Positions 19,748 through 29,399 of a stretch of 64,000 bases of DNA are shown here, piece after piece (the first letter of the stretch is position 1; every line of letters begins with the position of its first letter). The notes beneath the pieces are model-generated. The model was not told where the DNA came from, did no database searches, and saw only the letters and a program-made list of their open reading frames with translations. This stretch comes from an uncultured virus (IMG/VR IMGVR_UViG_2875450446_000004). Its lineage: Duplodnaviria; Heunggongvirae; Uroviricota; Caudoviricetes. Both the position numbers and the translations under genes were made by a program. The stretch is taken from IMG/VR virus record IMGVR_UViG_2875450446_000004, one strand, 5' to 3'.

Positions 19748-21274
19748 CTATTCGTTCGTTTCGTTGTAAGGATCTTGGACCTGTCTTTTCAGGTTCCGTT
19801 CCTGTAAAATCTCCATGAATTTGACTTCCGGGTTCTCCTTACCGCTTCGGATGATTGCGCCCTTGATAGACTCCATTTCATGCGCAATTTCTTCGCCTAG
19901 CTGTTCGACAAGAGCTTTTTGATCTTCCGGAAGTGGAAGGCCGAATATAATCTTGCTTCCGTAATAGTTATCTACTTGCGCAAGCCATTCTTTATCGTAT
20001 TTAAAGCGAGGATGATCTTGGCGCGCTTTCATATAACGCAGAATGTATTCATTCAACGTTTGGAGACGCGACTGCCAAACGATCCACGCTCGCTGTGTTT
20101 TCGATATGATCGAGCTGTAAAGCAATTTGAGCGCCATCTCGTTAATACCTCCGGTGTTCATATCCGCGGTATTGACCATCGGCACCTCACTGATTTCGTG
20201 AAGTCGTTTTTGCAGACGGTCAAGATACGCCTCGATCGCTTCTTTGAATTTAAAGCCGCTTTCCAACTTCGTCGCTTCCGGCTTTCCGGTATCTTTGTCG
20301 GACTCGCCGAGATCCCAAATAGCGCTAGGAGATACGCGAAATGGCTTTTTCGGATCATACTCGACGTTCGTCAGCAGTGTGATCGCGAACATCTCGAAGC
20401 GCAGTGCGTCAGAGTAATCCGATAGCTTTCGATCAATCTCGTCTGCGGTATCGATGAGCTTTTCGAGTTCACTAAATCCGCTAGTTTGGCCGGAAAGTTT
20501 TTCGGTTGGAACGTGGACTACCGGTATAAAGTCGAGACCCATCGACTTCTTCTCGACTCGCCTTTCGACGAGACTGAGTCCATCATCGTAAATGGCCTCT
20601 TCGATCTTACAATCGTAGTTGCCGGTATCTTCGTCGCCCTCCCATTCGAGGTAGTACGACAGCTTCCAGAGCTTCGTCTGTTGTTCGTCCAGCCACGCAA
20701 CGAAATGAACTTCGTCAAGTTGGTCGACATCCCATTCGTTATGAACTGCGATAACCTCAGTCGAAGGATGCCAAAGGATTTTAATTTCGCCGCGCCGGGT
20801 ATCGTAGTGCAGACGAGCATAAACGCCGGTTCGGCTGATTGCGCGATCCTTTGCTGCTGCGAGTAGTTTTTCGTGCATCCGGTTGTCTTCCCATACCCAC
20901 GTCAGCAAGCGCTCTTTTGCCTTCGCCCGACTGTTTTCCTCCTCCTGCTCTTTGCTCGGCGCGTATCCCGGCTTGATCATGTCCGCAGGATCATCGAGAA
21001 CATCCGGCGGCACGGTGACTTTCGGCTCCTTCTCGAATTGCCATGCCGCAGTGGTATCGATCAGCTTACGCGGATAATTCATCGTTAGCTGTGTAGGCTC
21101 ATAGTCGATCTCTTGCGGATTTTTATAATCAGTCCAAACGTTGAGGTCGCCTTCATAGCGCCGATAAAGCTTGATCTCGTCATAGATACGCTGGAATTCT
21201 TTCGATCCAAGCGCTTCCTTCATCGGTATGACGAATTGAAACGGGTTTATAAAATTTCGGTCGATGACTACGAT
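19748..21274 (-). CDS. Portal protein (SPP1 gp6-like); probable ATC start at 21274
   Basis: Between terminase and scaffold; FIPVVH motif; AAAGGAGG precedes an in-frame ATC 17 codons upstream of the first ATG. Confidence 0.85.
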   Translation of the reverse strand: MVVIDRNFINPFQFVIPMKEALGSKEFQRIYDEIKLYRRYEGDLNVWTDYKNPQEIDYEPTQLTMNYPRKLIDTTAAWQFEKEPKVTVPPDVLDDPADMIKPGYAPSKEQEEENSRAKAKERLLTWVWEDNRMHEKLLAAAKDRAISRTGVYARLHYDTRRGEIKILWHPSTEVIAVHNEWDVDQLDEVHFVAWLDEQQTKLWKLSYYLEWEGDEDTGNYDCKIEEAIYDDGLSLVERRVEKKSMGLDFIPVVHVPTEKLSGQTSGFSELEKLIDTADEIDRKLSDYSDALRFEMFAITLLTNVEYDPKKPFRVSPSAIWDLGESDKDTGKPEATKLESGFKFKEAIEAYLDRLQKRLHEISEVPMVNTADMNTGGINEMALKLLYSSIISKTQRAWIVWQSRLQTLNEYILRYMKARQDHPRFKYDKEWLAQVDNYYGSKIIFGLPLPEDQKALVEQLGEEIAHEMESIKGAIIRSGKENPEVKFMEILQERNLKRQVQDPYNETNE

Positions 21275-21290
21275 CTAAAACGCCTCCTTT

Positions 21291-23000
21291 CTAGTAGCGA
21301 TAGTTTCCGATATTTCCGCCCTTCCTCCGTCTGGCTTTCCCCGCAATGGAGTACGCCATATGTAGGGCATCGGGGCCGTCATCGTGGTTATGGTTCGGGT
21401 ACATTTCGAACATTTCGAGTAGCAGCTTTTGATCGCGCTTGAATCGGATCTTTCCGCTCTGAATATCCGGCAGCAACGACTCAATCCGAAGAGCTTTCCG
21501 CGTCCTCTGTTTGATCTGTTTCAGCCGGGTGGATGCCGGATAGCCGTTCGCCTGTAAAGCCTCGCCTAGCTTATCCGCGAACCATTCCTGCGCCTGCTGT
21601 GCCTCGACTGCGATACCTTCGTACTGAAATCTCATTGTCTTCTCGACAACTTCGTTGAGTAGGACGTCAGGGTGAACGCGTTGCAAAAAGACATCAGCGA
21701 CATAACAAAACCCGGTCGCCCTGTTTCGAGCCACCGTTATAATTGCGGAGTAGTCGCCTTTTTCTTTACCCATCGCGAAGTCAATGCCGCAATAGTAATC
21801 GAATTCTTTTGATTCGAGTTCTTTGTCCGAATAGTATTTAAAGTCTTCGCTCCGGAAAACTTGTGATTCTTCATCGACTGGATTGCCGAGATACTCTTGA
21901 TTGAACGCCCTAGCGCCCATATCTTCGCGCTTTTCCATAAAGTCTTTATACGTATATGCTTGCGGCCAAAGGACACGAGTTCCGCGATCCATTTCCGCTT
22001 TATTTGCTTCGTAAAAAGCTGTCGCATTCTTTAATGCATCTTTACTATCTTCGTTGTATATTTGTCGCCACTGTTCCCATAAATCCTCGCGCTCAGACCA
22101 CGATAGAATTGCCGGGAACTTTCGCGATGTGAAGTCCTTACGCTTAGTCAGAACGTGATTTAACAGCGAGTCGTAGTGGACGATCGTACCCATATAGATA
22201 CACATCCCGCCAAAGCCGAGCGCCTCAAGCATTTCCGAACGAAACCAGTGCAAGTTTTTCGCCCGCAATTCCGGTGTATTTGTATTATCACCGGACTCAA
22301 GGTCGTCGAGGATGAATAGTCCCGGCCGCTCACTCAAATGACGTAGCCCGCGCATCTGTGTCCCGATCCCTTTCGCTTCAACCTTCGTTCCCGAAGACGT
22401 AATAAATTCGTATTTGTTATCGACTTCGTTCATCGAAGGCTTTTGGTGAAGCAACGGTCCGAAATCTTCGCGCAGCTTTTCGTTAAATTTCAGCTGATTG
22501 ACGGTCCATTTAATAAAGTCGCCGGCTACGTCAGTTGTTTCGGAGACTTCGATAATGTACTTCTGATGTCGAAAAGCGACCTGGTGGCTAAGGTAAGAGT
22601 TCGATAAATAAGCCGTTTTGGCGTGTCGCCGCCCCACCGACCACCCAACGTTTGTCTTTATTTCTCCGCGAGTAATTTCGTCAAGTAGTCCGCAAAGCTC
22701 CCGGTGAAAGTCGGCCGCAGTATCCAGCGTTTGGCCGGCTGGAATTAAATTCGAGCTATTATCCGGGTTTCGATCCGCGCTGAAGTATTCGTAAGTGAAA
22801 TAGAGCATATCGTATTCAGCCCGGTGCACCCGCTTCAGCTTTTCGAGCAGCTTTAAGTTGATCTCGACGCGTTCGAAATCGTATTCGACCGCTTCGTCCC
22901 TTTCGATTAGCTGCCGGAGCAAACGATTTTCTTCGGTTAACTCGTCGATGCGCTGCTGCCGCGCTTCTCGATCGAGCCATTCCCCGTCTACAAATGCGAT
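21291..23000 (-). CDS. Terminase large subunit; probable ATC start at 23000
   Basis: Walker A-like RRHAKT, Walker B FILDDLE, nuclease motifs GIDFA and HDDGPDAL; AAGGAGGTG precedes ATC-GCA-TTT. Confidence 0.92.
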   Translation of the reverse strand: MAFVDGEWLDREARQQRIDELTEENRLLRQLIERDEAVEYDFERVEINLKLLEKLKRVHRAEYDMLYFTYEYFSADRNPDNSSNLIPAGQTLDTAADFHRELCGLLDEITRGEIKTNVGWSVGRRHAKTAYLSNSYLSHQVAFRHQKYIIEVSETTDVAGDFIKWTVNQLKFNEKLREDFGPLLHQKPSMNEVDNKYEFITSSGTKVEAKGIGTQMRGLRHLSERPGLFILDDLESGDNTNTPELRAKNLHWFRSEMLEALGFGGMCIYMGTIVHYDSLLNHVLTKRKDFTSRKFPAILSWSEREDLWEQWRQIYNEDSKDALKNATAFYEANKAEMDRGTRVLWPQAYTYKDFMEKREDMGARAFNQEYLGNPVDEESQVFRSEDFKYYSDKELESKEFDYYCGIDFAMGKEKGDYSAIITVARNRATGFCYVADVFLQRVHPDVLLNEVVEKTMRFQYEGIAVEAQQAQEWFADKLGEALQANGYPASTRLKQIKQRTRKALRIESLLPDIQSGKIRFKRDQKLLLEMFEMYPNHNHDDGPDALHMAYSIAGKARRRKGGNIGNYRY

Positions 23001-23018
23001 AACAACGCACCTCCTTCG

Positions 23019-23432
23019 TTAACTTTCTTTTTCCAAACGGGCGAGCAACGCTTTTTTGCGCTCCTCATGCGACATCGTATTCGACTTGTCCGTAATGGTA
23101 AGCTCGCTCTGATCGTTTAGATCGCCGATCCGCTTCAGATACAGTTCGATCGATTTCGTTGAGCCGCTTTTGATGCTGTCGATCAGCTTCGAATATACAA
23201 ACGGTAGCTTAGTATCGATGAACTGCGACGCCAAGTGATTTTTGTACGCGATAAAGTTCGGATCGCCCGTTTCCCAACGGTGTAATGTCATGCGGCTGAT
23301 TCCGCAATCTTCTGCGATTTGATCCTTCGTTTTGCGCTCTTTTGTCGGCGTAAATTCGCGTTCAACAAGGGCGAGCGCCGCTTCGCGTTGATTCGGCTTG
23401 AACGCTGTTTCGTCGTATTTGAATCGCGACAT
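23019..23432 (-). CDS. Terminase small subunit (HTH type)
   Basis: KTKDQIAEDCGISRMTLHRW HTH; directly upstream of terL. Confidence 0.8.
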   Translation of the reverse strand: MSRFKYDETAFKPNQREAALALVEREFTPTKERKTKDQIAEDCGISRMTLHRWETGDPNFIAYKNHLASQFIDTKLPFVYSKLIDSIKSGSTKSIELYLKRIGDLNDQSELTITDKSNTMSHEERKKALLARLEKES

Positions 23433-23475
23433 CTTTCGTCACCTCCTTCGTTAATAATGCGAAAAACGCAAGCAC

Positions 23476-23504
23476 AAAAAGAGCGACCCTTATTCGGATC
23501 GCCC
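23476..23504 (-). terminator. Intrinsic terminator-like hairpin just upstream of terS
   Basis: GGGCGATCC-GAATAA-GGGTCGCTC followed by TTTTT. Confidence 0.65.
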
Positions 23505-23951
23505 TCGTTCTGATTGCGTTTATACACCGAGGTCAGGACGCATCCCTTGCTCGCTCGTTTTCTGCCGGACAATGCCGGATGTATAGTCGACGCAGATGTT
23601 CACGACAGTATAACACGCTTTCCGGTCCGTATTTAACGTCCCCACCGGCGGAGAATCCGACGTCGCTATCGGATAAAAACATATGCAAAAGACGAGATAT
23701 CGCCTTTAGGAACGCCTTGTACATCATGGTACATGCGCAAGTGAGGTCGGAAGGTAAGACCGAAAATAACCCTTCCGCGCGGATATGGGAGCGTTGATCA
23801 GGCGCTCAAAAACCATTCCGCTTATTTTGCGAGTTGACTCGCTGCCCGGAAAATTCACACGAAATTAGCGTTTCTAACCGTCACCCTACCGAATACCCTC
23901 GGCGAATACTAAAACGTCTAATTTCGTGTGATTTGCGCGTGAAAATCGTTA

Positions 23952-24101
23952 TTATCCTTTAGCTCGAATAGTTAGCGTCGTATCTCGATCGTAAAAATCG
24001 TCGATGTCTGTATCAACGGAGAAATTTACGATTTCCTGTTCGAGCAGCTTTTCGAATACTTTTCGCAAATGGGTTTTCTCCTCTTCGGTTAGTTTCGCCA
24101 T
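23952..24101 (-). CDS. Hypothetical protein (49 aa)
   Basis: AAAAGGAG RBS before ATG at 24101. Confidence 0.6.
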   Translation of the reverse strand: MAKLTEEEKTHLRKVFEKLLEQEIVNFSVDTDIDDFYDRDTTLTIRAKG

Positions 24102-24102
24102 G

Positions 24103-24273
24103 TTATCGTCTCCTTTTCGCTTTGTATTCGTCAATGACTTCGCAAATATACGCATCAACACCGTTACGCGATTCGTTCATAATCCGTTCGGCATAATCGG
24201 CGAGCGCATCTTCGTAACTGTCGTAGATCGCTTGGCCTGCGTCGCAATAGTCGCTGAAGACTGCGTATTTCAT
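24103..24273 (-). CDS. Hypothetical protein (56 aa, not in ORF track)
   Basis: GGAGGGTG RBS; MKYAVFSDYCDAGQAIYDSY...KAKRRR. Confidence 0.6.
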   Translation of the reverse strand: MKYAVFSDYCDAGQAIYDSYEDALADYAERIMNESRNGVDAYICEVIDEYKAKRRR

Positions 24274-25307
24274 TCGTCATCACCCTCCGGATTTAAAATT
24301 TTGCGAGAAAACTGCTGGCGTCCGGCACGGCTTTTTCCGCTCGGACCTCCCCCGCCCCCTTCCGTTTTTCCGGTCGGTGACGCCATTGTTTATGCATATC
24401 GATGTATTTCTTATTCATTTTTAGTTTACATAATTCCCACTATCGGAAGTTGTTTAATCGCTAAACCCGCGTCACGGCTGCGTTTGTGAACTGCGCAGTT
24501 TACTTTGTTATGCACGTTTTTATACATCGTAGTACTGGCGCGGCTTCAGGCCGTTTCACAATCGCTTTATTACGCTAAAATTTCGTATATAGTTAACGGT
24601 GTGAACTATCGGCTTCAGAGGGTCGAGGTTTTCGAAGGGTCTCCGTCATGAAGCGCGAGGCTGACTTACAGGCGGACGGCACTCCGACCTCCGTAACGTC
24701 CTATATCCGAATCCTCCCGTATCCCTTCCTATATATCTACGTTCTCCTCTTCGGTGTTACAATCGCATAATAAAACGCCTTGCTATTCGTTCAGCAAAGC
24801 GTTAGGTTTACGTTATGTTACACGTCCTCATAATACATAGATAACTACGGATGCAAAAGCGGAAGTATTATCGTTATATTAACGGAATATTTTCGTATGT
24901 TTTAAATACTAGCGTCCACTCCGTCGCTTGCGCTCCTCCGTGTCCGCGGATATTATTAAGACCTTTATCGCGATACAATTATTTATACAATATACATGAT
25001 TGCGTTTCTGCGGGACGGAGTGAAACGTAGTTCCCGCTAGTCTTCGGATTCAGAAGACTAAGAAGTGATTACGGACTCAAAATCGCTGTATCCCTTGCGG
25101 CTGTAAGCGCGAACCCCATTTTCGGTTGTGCGAATAAAGTCGTGTTTTTGGCCGATTTGTGCGAATAAGATCGTGTTCATTATCAATTACGTTATTCTAA
25201 TTGAGAATATGTCGGTAATCATCCGCCATCTCACCGTCATATCAATCGCATTATCATTCATATTAACGCATAAATATACGATATTAACACGAAGAAAAAG
25301 ACGCCAA

Positions 25308-25526
25308 TCATTCGTCAGCGTCTTCGATCTTCACCTCGAATAGCTCCTCGACACCCACGCCGAGTGTTCGCGCAAGGGCAAATACGTGCCAATCGAGATG
25401 CCTTTCGTTTTTATCGAACCGGCTTATGCTGCCTTGCGGAACTCCTGACGCTTCAGACAGCGGAATCTGCTTCCACCCTTTCGCGTTCATTACTTCCGAC
25501 AGTCGCGGTCTTACCGTTATTTTCAT
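25308..25526 (-). CDS. XRE-family HTH regulator
   Basis: GWKQIPLSEASGVPQGSISRF HTH; GAGGTG RBS. Confidence 0.85.
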   Translation of the reverse strand: MKITVRPRLSEVMNAKGWKQIPLSEASGVPQGSISRFDKNERHLDWHVFALARTLGVGVEELFEVKIEDADE

Positions 25527-25588
25527 CCGTACTCACCTCGTTTTGATAATTCGATTATACGATAACGAATAAATTTTCGCAAATATGA

Positions 25589-25617
25589 TTGACATACGTT
25601 ATGCGATATCGTATAAT
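25589..25617 (+). promoter_or_regulatory. Perfect consensus SigA promoter
   Basis: TTGACA-N17-TATAAT, overlapped by an imperfect palindrome. Confidence 0.85.
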
Positions 25618-25644
25618 TAAGGTAACGAAAGGAGGTGAACGTAA

Positions 25645-25791
25645 TTGATTGACACCGTGATGAAGCTTTCGGCAATTATCGCAACTTGGCTCGGAATTCT
25701 AAAAATCGTCTTAGAAATCCGGAAGATGCGAAAGGAATCCGAAAGTAAAGAGCGACGGCCTCCGACCAAGAAGCACCGTCGCCGAACATAA
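25645..25791 (+). CDS. Small membrane peptide (48 aa), type I toxin-like architecture
   Basis: AAAGGAGGTG RBS, TTG start; MIDTVMKLSAIIATWLGILKIVLEIRKMRKESESKERRPPTKKHRRRT. Confidence 0.75.
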   Translation: MIDTVMKLSAIIATWLGILKIVLEIRKMRKESESKERRPPTKKHRRRT

Positions 25792-25835
25792 GCTACGAGG
25801 GGCATTTCGCCCCTTGTCAATCAATTATAACACGA

Positions 25836-26009
25836 ATGAAACGAATTGATACCACGGAAATTTTGTTAATCGTCGTCTTGCTCGCCTGGATTGCGGATAT
25901 GAACTTCGGCCGGCTTTCCGTCCTGGACTTCGTCGGTCTCGGCTCAGCTGTCGTTTTTATCGCGCTTCTATTCTTTAGATCGAGGAGGAATCGGTCACAC
26001 CGCCGCTGA
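25836..26009 (+). CDS. Small two-TM membrane protein (57 aa)
   Basis: MKRIDTTEILLIVVLLAWIADMNFGRLSVLDFVGLGSAVVFIALLFFRSRRNRSHRR; weak RBS. Confidence 0.55.
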   Translation: MKRIDTTEILLIVVLLAWIADMNFGRLSVLDFVGLGSAVVFIALLFFRSRRNRSHRR

Positions 26010-26142
26010 AGCCGCAGCAGACCGACCAGATCCTCGATCTATATCAACGCCCTGACGCCGGCAAAGCGTATCAGATCGGCTTCAATACGGCACTTACGTG
26101 TCTTGGATATCTAATCGCAAACAGATACGGAGGTAATGACGA

Positions 26143-26325
26143 ATGAAAAACGTAAAATCTGTATTCTTGAAAAACGCCGTAATTCCGGTGGAAGATCTCC
26201 GCGAATGCCATCATTGTGACGAGGATCATTCCGTAGAATGGTACGCGGAAGATGTTCCGAGAGGCTACGTATGGAGCACGTACTGCCACGCTTGTCGAGA
26301 AGATAATTCCGGGTACGAATTTTAA
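26143..26325 (+). CDS. Small zinc-ribbon protein
   Basis: CHHC and CHAC pairs; GGAGG RBS. Confidence 0.65.
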   Translation: MKNVKSVFLKNAVIPVEDLRECHHCDEDHSVEWYAEDVPRGYVWSTYCHACREDNSGYEF

Positions 26326-26349
26326 TCATATATTGCGGAGGTAATGACG

Positions 26350-26682
26350 ATGAATAAAACGAAACTCTTAACGGCCATCCTCGGCCTATCAATCGCAGGC
26401 AACGCGGCTCTCGGAATCTACGCCGCCAAACTAAACGAAGATGTCGATATTGCTTATCGCGTGGCTGACGACATGGCAGCCGAAGCTAAGGACGCCCAGG
26501 AAACGATTGAACGCGAATATATTGTCGAAGGGAAAGATTACGCGGTATCAGCGGACGACGGCGGCTTCTCTTTCGATCCGGCAGCCACAGACGCAAAGCC
26601 AGGCGATCGGATTAGCGTGACTTTTACGGAGGATCAATACGAAAATGGCAGCGGATTTAAGACGATTAAGGTTATCGAATAA
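26350..26682 (+). CDS. Exported / membrane-anchored hypothetical protein
   Basis: N-terminal hydrophobic segment; GGAGG RBS. Confidence 0.65.
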   Translation: MNKTKLLTAILGLSIAGNAALGIYAAKLNEDVDIAYRVADDMAAEAKDAQETIEREYIVEGKDYAVSADDGGFSFDPAATDAKPGDRISVTFTEDQYENGSGFKTIKVIE

Positions 26683-26918
26683 CACACGAAATCAGGCGTT
26701 AAGCGGCCGCCGATACCTAATATACCCGTAATACTTTCCGGCGGCTCATACGCTTTAATTTCGTGGTAAAATCGTTCGAAGGGTGAACGGAAAGTAGACC
26801 GGAAAATCCTGCGCAAACTGTTTAAATGACGGAATAATTTACCGCAACCGAATCGCTTTGTCTCGGCGGACTCTTACTATATCATTATAGTAACTACGCT
26901 GAAACGAGGTGATTCTTT

Positions 26919-27728
26919 TTGTTTATTTCGCCCATGCTGCTTGAATCCGCAAAGGAGCCGTTCGACTCGGACGACTATATCACGGAAACCAAATTCGACG
27001 GCATCCGTCTGATCGCGTCTAGGAATAACGGCTTAATTCGCCTCTACACACGCCACAACAACGAAGTCACCGCTAAATTTCCGGAACTATTAACGCTCGA
27101 CATACCGAACGGCACCATATTAGACGGCGAACTTATTGTACCTGGTCCGACGGGCGCAGGAGATTTCGAGGCCGTCATGGAACGGTTCCAGTCACGGAGG
27201 AGTTGCCACCCGATAGTATTTTGCGTTTTTGATGTCCTGCGGATAGAAGGCGTTTCAGTTACGTCTAAGCCGCTAACTGAACGAAAAGAATTGCTGGCCG
27301 GTCTAAAAATCGATCATCCTAACGTTAAAGTAGTCGAAGGTGTTCGCGGCCATGCTGCGGATTATTTTGAATTAGTCTGCAAAAATAAGATCGAGGGCAT
27401 CGTTATGAAGCGGGCAGACGCTCCATATGCAGAAAATAAGCGATCAGATCGCTGGCTGAAGATCGTGAACTACGAATATACTGACGTTTTGATTACGGGA
27501 CTGCGTAAGGAAGATAATGCGCTGTTGCTTTCATACATGGACGGCCAGTATGCCGGCGTGATGGAATTTATGCCGTATGGTGAGCGGCGGAAGCTACATG
27601 CAGATAGAGTAATCGTAGAGGAAACGGAGAGGTATGCCTATATCGAGCCGATTGGGTGCCGCGTAAAGCACCGGTTCAAGACGAAAAACGGCTTGCTGCG
27701 GATCCCGTCGTTCCATGAATGGCGTTGA
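26919..27728 (+). CDS. ATP-dependent DNA ligase
   Basis: KFDGIR adenylation motif, LDGEL, FDVL, EGIVMK, LRIP. Confidence 0.92.
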   Translation: MFISPMLLESAKEPFDSDDYITETKFDGIRLIASRNNGLIRLYTRHNNEVTAKFPELLTLDIPNGTILDGELIVPGPTGAGDFEAVMERFQSRRSCHPIVFCVFDVLRIEGVSVTSKPLTERKELLAGLKIDHPNVKVVEGVRGHAADYFELVCKNKIEGIVMKRADAPYAENKRSDRWLKIVNYEYTDVLITGLRKEDNALLLSYMDGQYAGVMEFMPYGERRKLHADRVIVEETERYAYIEPIGCRVKHRFKTKNGLLRIPSFHEWR

Positions 27729-27775
27729 ATTGATCACACTATTGTCGTATTCTAATAGTCGGAGGTCGAGAACGA

Positions 27776-27949
27776 ATGGATTACGAAACAAAAGGCTATG
27801 ATACGACGATTGTATACGATTATAAAGAGTATCCGGACGTCCACTACGGGCGCTGCGATAACTGCGACTATACGCTGTTCAAAAGTTCGGTGAAGGACGG
27901 AATTTTCCTACGCGAGTGCCGTCGTTGCGGTATGAAGAAGAGCATATAA
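27776..27949 (+). CDS. Small zinc-ribbon protein (57 aa, not in ORF track)
   Basis: GGAGG RBS; CDNC and CRRC pairs. Confidence 0.65.
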   Translation: MDYETKGYDTTIVYDYKEYPDVHYGRCDNCDYTLFKSSVKDGIFLRECRRCGMKKSI

Positions 27950-27980
27950 AAAAGAAAGGCGCCAATTACGGCGCCCTTTT
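27950..27980. terminator. Bidirectional terminator between convergent genes
   Basis: A-tract, GGCGCC-AATTAC-GGCGCC, T-tract. Confidence 0.7.
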
Positions 27981-27988
27981 CCATCCAT

Positions 27989-28789
27989 CTACAGCTTCTT
28001 CACGTTAAACATCGCAAGCAGCGTCTTATCCGGCGTCTTGGATTGTCGATAAAACACGTTAGGATTAAACGTATATCGTTCCGGTTCGCTGCCGACCTTT
28101 ATTCGCGCGACAACGAACTCTCCGTCGAATTTCATCTGCTTCAGTCGGCGGCCAAGCGTATCAGGCGTTACTCCGATCGCCGCCGCAAGCTCTTTCTTAT
28201 TGAACCATCGGATATGCTTCGGATTCTTTTCGAATGGATTTTCGCAAAGAGCGTTAGTTTCGTAATGGACGAACGGCAGCATTCGGTAGATCAGACCGAT
28301 GTCCGTCGCCTTCACTTCGCTGTACACCTTCTTGATCTTCGCGGTATAGAGCTTAACGACGTATTGGCTTCCGAAGTTACCTTTGAAATGATAGCGTTCG
28401 TTCACCGAATAGGCGCCGTTTTCTTCCCGGATAATGTCGTGCGCAGTACAGGCGCTTAGGAAATCGTAGAACGTTCGCGGCTTTTTCACGAGCTGTAGAA
28501 CGGACATCATATCCGCTGTAGTCATCGGAGTTTTATTACGGCTAGATTTAACGAGAACACCGTTGTAGTCAACGTAGCATTGCAGCAGCATTAAATAGCC
28601 GCATTGTGCCGTTGTGAGAGCGTCATAGACTTCGTGAATATTAGACATATTCGCATTGGAAAAGTCTCGCCTGTCCACCGCCTGCTTTTGTTGCTCCCGG
28701 AAGGCTTCGTCCTGGTTCCGATGTCTAAGCGTGTAGTCTGTCGATAGATCTTCGCCTGTTTCTGCGTTTACTACTCGTAATCTTTTCAA
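27989..28789 (-). CDS. RepL-like tandem winged-HTH DNA-binding protein
   Basis: VVNAETGE start, two HTH-like segments, YTFNPNVFYR C-terminal motif. Confidence 0.55.
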   Translation of the reverse strand: MKRLRVVNAETGEDLSTDYTLRHRNQDEAFREQQKQAVDRRDFSNANMSNIHEVYDALTTAQCGYLMLLQCYVDYNGVLVKSSRNKTPMTTADMMSVLQLVKKPRTFYDFLSACTAHDIIREENGAYSVNERYHFKGNFGSQYVVKLYTAKIKKVYSEVKATDIGLIYRMLPFVHYETNALCENPFEKNPKHIRWFNKKELAAAIGVTPDTLGRRLKQMKFDGEFVVARIKVGSEPERYTFNPNVFYRQSKTPDKTLLAMFNVKKL

Positions 28790-28877
28790 AATATCGTCTC
28801 CTTTTTCGCATAATAAAAGAGCGCGGATTTGGCGCCCTCAATATACATAGATAACTAAACGGGTAAAAGTATCGAAT

Positions 28878-29399
28878 TTAATGAATAATTTTTTCGCCGG
28901 TTGCGATATTGACCGTAAATTGTCCCGGTGTTCTTCCGTTAATAAAATCGTTATAACGTTTTCGGAGTTCCTTATTTCGCGATTTAGCCTGTTCATCAAC
29001 CGCCATATTTTCGCGAAGGCTGCGCTCCCTTCTCACAGGTAAGGCGTAATTCCTTCCGTCTACTCCGACGTTTACTGCAAGCTTAAACGGAACCTCGATT
29101 CTGTTGTTCGCTTCCTTCTTCCGATGCTTCCCTTCTTTGCGGCGACTGAGCTGCGTTTCACTCATAATCGGATATTCTTCACGCGTCATTTTATCCGGAT
29201 GTGAGTCAGAAAGCTCTTCGTAGATTACGAGATTTGCCATGCGTTCAAGCGCGGTAGAATCCGGATGCTCGCCGACTGAATCATAATAAGCATCAGCCAG
29301 CGCGGTAATTTCCTCAATGCGTTCGATCCGGTCCAGTTCTCCGGCTTTCGTTCGCTGCTGTAATTCCGTAATCATTTCGTGCAATAGTGCTTTATCCAT
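28878..29399 (-). CDS. Hypothetical phage protein
   Basis: GGGAGG RBS; coupled to upstream sigma region-4 gene. Confidence 0.6.
   Translation of the reverse strand: MDKALLHEMITELQQRTKAGELDRIERIEEITALADAYYDSVGEHPDSTALERMANLVIYEELSDSHPDKMTREEYPIMSETQLSRRKEGKHRKKEANNRIEVPFKLAVNVGVDGRNYALPVRRERSLRENMAVDEQAKSRNKELRKRYNDFINGRTPGQFTVNIATGEKIIH

Noticed and set aside
23533..23797. ORF-track ORFs upstream of terS
   Set aside because: No evident RBS or motifs; region better explained as structured non-coding sequence
24340..24362. C-rich tract as a defined cos site
   Set aside because: No cohesive-end sequence identifiable by eye; packaging mode cannot be set from sequence alone
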